From assembly GCA_047602425.1 (NCBI GenBank), contig JASGHG010000001.1:4352001-4416000 (forward strand): DNA of 64,000 bases, given 5' to 3'. The number at the start of each line of letters is the position of its first letter. The stretch's first letter is position 1. Of this stretch, positions 60,164 through 64,000 are shown one piece after another. Made by a program: the position numbers and the translations under genes. A model generated the notes under the pieces. That model worked only from the letters and a program-made list of their open reading frames with translations. It did no database searches and was not told where the DNA came from. Source of the DNA: Nibricoccus sp. Its GTDB lineage: Bacteria; Verrucomicrobiota; Verrucomicrobiia; Opitutales; Opitutaceae.

Positions 60164-61162
60164 TTACTTTTTCTTTAGAACTTCAGCAGTGAGCGACGCG
60201 TCGATGTACGAAGGAACGTTCTGCGCTTCTTTGTAGACGCCATTGGTTACGTTGAATTCGTCGGCGATTTTCGAAGAGCCGATGAGCGAGTCGAAACCCT
60301 TGGTCTGAGCCGAGAGGACTTTACCGCCTTCGGCGAGGGTGAGGAACTGGGTGCCGGGCATGAAGGAAGCGTACTCCTTGGGATCCACACCGGCGCGGGC
60401 AGCCATGATCTTGATGCCGTCTTCACGGGTCTTCGGATCTTTCAAATAAGCCACAACCTTGTCCCAGACGGAAACGAACTTGACCCAATCGGCACGGCGC
60501 TGGGCGAGACTCTGCGGGGTGACGACGACGGCGTCGTAGATCAACCCGGGTTCATTGGCGCTGGTGTAAATGGCCTTGGAGCCGGGGACGGCCTTGAGAG
60601 CGGCCCCGGAATTGGGCTGCCAGGCGCCAATGGCGTCGACCTGTCCGGACGCGAGCACCTGCGGCGTCTGATTTGTGGGGGTGGGAACCAGTTCGAGATC
60701 TTTTTCGGTGAGGCCCACTTTCTTCAGGCCGTTGAGCAGGAGAAGATGTTCAACGAAGCCGATCTCGATGCCGATTTTTTTGCCCTTGAGGTCTTTCAAC
60801 GAGGCGATGCCGGGCTTGGCGACGATCATGTCGTTACCATTGGAAAAATCGGTCATGAGGATCATGACGTTTTTCGCGCCGTTGGCGCCCGTAACGAGGG
60901 CGTCGCCGTTGGTTACGGTAACGGCGTCGCATTTACCGGCGGTGAAAGCTTCCATCGACGGGCCGTACTCGAACCAGAGCAGTTCGACTTCGACGCCGGC
61001 TTCTTTGAACCAACCCTTTTGTGCGGCGATTTCGAGAGCGGTCCAGCCGGGCCAGTCCGAGAAGGCGACTTTGAGTGGTGCGGCGGAAGCGAGGCTGGTG
61101 ATGAGAACGAAGAGCGTGGCGAAAACAGACAGACGGCGGCGGAGGGAGGAGGTGGTGATCAT
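60164..61162 (-). CDS. ABC substrate-binding protein (NitT/TauT type)
   Basis: [25 protein letters not shown]; signal peptide. Confidence 0.93.
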   Translation of the reverse strand: MITTSSLRRRLSVFATLFVLITSLASAAPLKVAFSDWPGWTALEIAAQKGWFKEAGVEVELLWFEYGPSMEAFTAGKCDAVTVTNGDALVTGANGAKNVMILMTDFSNGNDMIVAKPGIASLKDLKGKKIGIEIGFVEHLLLLNGLKKVGLTEKDLELVPTPTNQTPQVLASGQVDAIGAWQPNSGAALKAVPGSKAIYTSANEPGLIYDAVVVTPQSLAQRRADWVKFVSVWDKVVAYLKDPKTREDGIKIMAARAGVDPKEYASFMPGTQFLTLAEGGKVLSAQTKGFDSLIGSSKIADEFNVTNGVYKEAQNVPSYIDASLTAEVLKKK

Positions 61163-61170
61163 TGGAGGCA

Positions 61171-61198
61171 GTGTTACTTTTTGAGCAAAACGTGTTAC
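61171..61198. promoter_or_regulatory. NikR-like operator 2
   Basis: Minus strand GTAACAC-N14-GTAACAC. Confidence 0.7.
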
Positions 61199-61209
61199 GC
61201 CTGTCTCTC

Positions 61210-61225
61210 AGCACGGGCTATGCCA
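61210..61225 (-). promoter_or_regulatory. sigma54 promoter
   Basis: TGGCATAGCCCGTGCT (GG-N10-GC). Confidence 0.7.
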
Positions 61226-61327
61226 CGAATGGCCGCATGAATATTTCCACGCTTAGTGTAGAGGACGCGGCTCTCAGGTGTGGTGCTTGCCTCCGAGAAG
61301 ACCGGGAGGGTAGCTTGCGGTGATTGT

Positions 61328-61741
61328 ATGAAAACCATCGATGAATTTTTTCGGAGCGACCAGTTTGTGAATCACTGCGGTATTGAACTGATATCGCATG
61401 CGCCAGGACAGGCGGTGGCTCGAATGGTGGTAAGGCCGACTCATCTGAATGCGTTGGGCATCGTGCAAGGCGGAGCGATTTTCACGCTGGCGGATTACGC
61501 CTTTGGTGTGGCCTCGAACGGCCATGGCTCGGCTGCGGTTGGCATTAGTGTGAGTATAACCTACGTCAAAGCGACAACCCACGGCACGCTCACGGCGGAG
61601 GCGCGCGAAGTATCGCTAAACCCGAAGCTGGGCAGCTATACCGTCAATGTGACGGATGAGAATGGCACCATGGTCGCGATCTTCCAAGGGCTCGCATATC
61701 GGAAGAAACAGCCGATCGCCGACGAAGTGAAGCACGGCTGA
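61328..61741 (+). CDS. PaaI-family hotdog thioesterase
   Basis: HLNALGIVQGGAIFTLADYAFGVASN. Confidence 0.9.
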   Translation: MKTIDEFFRSDQFVNHCGIELISHAPGQAVARMVVRPTHLNALGIVQGGAIFTLADYAFGVASNGHGSAAVGISVSITYVKATTHGTLTAEAREVSLNPKLGSYTVNVTDENGTMVAIFQGLAYRKKQPIADEVKHG

Positions 61742-61757
61742 CAACGCACCCGGATAG

Positions 61758-64000
61758 TTACCGATCGCGGGCGAGCCACTGCTCCAAGTCAGAGGATGAA
61801 TCTATCTGATGGCTGGTTCGGTATTCGGAGGCGAGGAGCTTGGTGTAACTTGGTTCGGCAAAGCGACGGCAATGCAGGAGCACCTTGGCTTGTTGTCCCG
61901 GTGCGCGCACAAGGCGCCCGAGCGCTTGGTTCACTTTTTGGATGCCGGGAGCTTGATACACCCGACGAAAGGCTTCGTCGCGACCGAGTGGGGCGGCCTC
62001 GGCAAGCCGGGCTTTTTGCACCGGGTTGACCTCGGGCAGCGCCGGGCCGACGACCATGGCGTGGCTGACGCGTCCGCCGAGCAGATCGATGCCCTCGGCG
62101 AAACTACTGCCAAGAACCAAAAATAGGACGTCGGCTTGCACGAGCGATTCCTCGACCCAGGCGGTCTGGGCAGCGAGATCGGGCAGGCGGGGTTGCAGCG
62201 CGACGCGAAGACGAGAGCCGTTGTCCCGCAGGATGGTTTGAATGGCTTCGGCGTAGCGATAGCTCGAAAAGAAAACGGCGCATGGTCCGTGAGCGGCGGC
62301 ATGGATTTTCTCGATGGTTGCCGCGGTCGTCCCATGGTGGCGGGTGCGTTGCTGGTAGGAAGTGTCGACGCGCAGGTCGATGGCGACGTCGTAAGCGTGG
62401 TCGCGCCAAGGGGCGTGAGCTTGCACGAGCGCAGGTGCCTGACTGGCGTTGGTCTCCTCGACTTTGAGCAATTCGGCACCGGAAGTGAGCTGTTTATAAA
62501 GACGCCGAGTATCGCGTTTATTAAGTTTCCCGAGACGTTCTGGTGGCGTGGCAGGTGGTTCGGGTTCGGTGATGGACGGAGTGTCGAGACCGCAATCGGC
62601 GGCAAAGGTGTCACTTGGGGTCAGGGTGGCGGAAACAAGAAGCGCTCCGCCAAAGGATCGCAGGGTTTGGCCGATCGCCGCGGCGGCATCGAGGCAGGTC
62701 ACGGCGAGTTCGCCAGGCTGGGGACTCCACCAGAGGCGTGGCAGGGCGAGATTGGCGAGTTCGTCGGCGAAGGAAGGGAATTGCCAAAGCTGCTCCATGA
62801 CGTCGGGGCCGAGCGCGGTATTATCAAGCGGCGTCGTGCTGACGAGGCTGGCGACCGTTTCGAGAAGGTGGCGTGTATCGTCCTCTTCGGCGAGCGAGAG
62901 ACTATCGCTGACACCGAGTTGGCTCAGGTGATGCGTCCATTGGTCCCACGCTTGTACGAGGCGTGCTGGAGCGCGGATTTGGTGAAGTTCGGCAGCGACG
63001 GTATTGGCGATTGTAGCGGAGAAGCGCCTCGAAAACACATCGGCGACGCGTGAAGGAAGATTGTGCGCTTCGTCGAGGACAAGGAGCGTGCGCGCTGGAT
63101 CGTAGCCGGGCTGATTTTCGAACAGGCCACGGCTGGAAGGCGAAAAAACGTAGTTGTAATCCCCGATCCAGACATCGTTGAAGGCGAGGGCGGCGCGGGT
63201 GATTTCGTAGGGGCAAACGGAAGCGGCGCGCCCCGCTTTGCGCAGATTGTCGATGTCGCGCGTTTCGGTATCGAAAAGATAAAAACGCGAAAGGCCGCTG
63301 CGCGGCCACTTGCGTTCGAGGTCGTTGAGATGAGGGCAGACTTCGCGCGAACAGTGATACGTTGTGTGAATGCAATGCTCGCGCTTGTTGCGTATTTGCC
63401 AGGCCAATACGCCAGCGCGGCCGTCGGGTTGCCGGGTCATGCGCGCGAGAGTCTCGGCGACGTGCAGTTGGCCGGTCGATTTACTGGTGAGATAAATGAG
63501 TCGCTCAAAACGACCGGAGCGCAGGAGTTCCAACGCGCATTCGAGCGTGACGCCGGTTTTTCCGAACCCAGTCGGCGCTTCGAAAAAAACGATGGGATGT
63601 TGGGCGAGGGCTGTGGCCAGCTCGTTCTGCACCGTTTCCTGTCCCGGGCGTAGCGCGGCGAATGCCGGTTGGAAGCGCAGGGTTTGCAGACGTTCACGGG
63701 CACGGAGGCGCTGATCGAGAAATTCCGTGATTCGTTCCAGTTGGGTGCGGAAAATGGCATCGTCGGCCGGCGAGAATGTGACCGTTTGTGACAACCCGGT
63801 GTCGACTTCGACGAAGACGAGTTCACCCCGAATTTTGGACGACGTTGTTTCCGTCAACGCCGTGAGCGCGACATAGGTGGCAAGTTGGGCGAAGTATTCG
63901 GGATACTCAGCGCGCAATTCTTCTTCGGCGGCGGGAAGCGCGCGGGTAATGGTTTTTATTTCGCGCAGCAGTGCGCCCGACCCGTCAGGAATAATCTGAT
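61758..64000 (-). CDS. DinG/XPD-family Fe-S DNA helicase (5' end beyond window)
   Basis: APTGFGKT, Cys cluster C..C..C..CPY, DEAHNL, SAT, FAEGID, QALGRLVR. Confidence 0.9.
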   Translation of the reverse strand, partial: QIIPDGSGALLREIKTITRALPAAEEELRAEYPEYFAQLATYVALTALTETTSSKIRGELVFVEVDTGLSQTVTFSPADDAIFRTQLERITEFLDQRLRARERLQTLRFQPAFAALRPGQETVQNELATALAQHPIVFFEAPTGFGKTGVTLECALELLRSGRFERLIYLTSKSTGQLHVAETLARMTRQPDGRAGVLAWQIRNKREHCIHTTYHCSREVCPHLNDLERKWPRSGLSRFYLFDTETRDIDNLRKAGRAASVCPYEITRAALAFNDVWIGDYNYVFSPSSRGLFENQPGYDPARTLLVLDEAHNLPSRVADVFSRRFSATIANTVAAELHQIRAPARLVQAWDQWTHHLSQLGVSDSLSLAEEDDTRHLLETVASLVSTTPLDNTALGPDVMEQLWQFPSFADELANLALPRLWWSPQPGELAVTCLDAAAAIGQTLRSFGGALLVSATLTPSDTFAADCGLDTPSITEPEPPATPPERLGKLNKRDTRRLYKQLTSGAELLKVEETNASQAPALVQAHAPWRDHAYDVAIDLRVDTSYQQRTRHHGTTAATIEKIHAAAHGPCAVFFSSYRYAEAIQTILRDNGSRLRVALQPRLPDLAAQTAWVEESLVQADVLFLVLGSSFAEGIDLLGGRVSHAMVVGPALPEVNPVQKARLAEAAPLGRDEAFRRVYQAPGIQKVNQALGRLVRAPGQQAKVLLHCRRFAEPSYTKLLASEYRTSHQIDSSSDLEQWLARDR

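Noticed and set aside
60071..61330. Guanidine riboswitch upstream of or within the ABC operon
   Set aside because: No ykkC, mini-ykkC (ACGR loops) or ykkC-III consensus recognised; leaders after the sigma54 promoters are too short; the hairpin near 60100-60125 is a simple stem.

Overview
GC-rich bacterial chromosome segment, most consistent with Verrucomicrobiota/Opitutaceae (inferred from a VPDSG-CTERM-type sorting signal, a clade II nos cluster and A/C-rich leaders without Shine-Dalgarno sites). In order: (1) homospermidine synthase, mscS, rnk and a metallophosphoesterase, with two highly structured intergenic regions; (2) a clade II nitrous oxide reductase cluster (azurin-like lipoprotein, nosZ, nosB-like, nosD, nosF, nosY) with a divergent CusF-SCO gene and two FNR-type boxes; (3) a CHRD protein, rsmH, engB and a chemoreceptor; (4) an ~8 kb run of short co-oriented genes and gene fragments with attC-like spacers and an intact IS5-family element; (5) GH31, HTH-PTS-EIIA, a YiiX-like peptidase and three sensor kinases; (6) a sugar-acid cluster (two KDG-kinase paralogues, a LarA-family epimerase, a GlcD-like oxidoreductase); (7) a REP-rich hotspot with a nucleotidyltransferase TA-like pair and a WYL regulator; (8) a 13.5 kb urea/guanidine carboxylase operon extended by a creatininase-family enzyme, a glutamine-synthetase-like ligase and a NikR-like regulator, with two sigma54 promoters and twin operators; (9) a PaaI thioesterase and a partial DinG/XPD helicase. 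The most striking signal is a family of palindromic elements built from four heptamer repeats (GTAGTTG...CAACTAC). One copy encloses an antisense four-helix-bundle (23S-IVP family) gene, one empty copy sits at a cistron junction, and two empty 89-nt copies lie in frame inside urea carboxylase. No rRNA, tRNA or CRISPR array was seen. All product calls are by-eye motif recognition; no database search was run.
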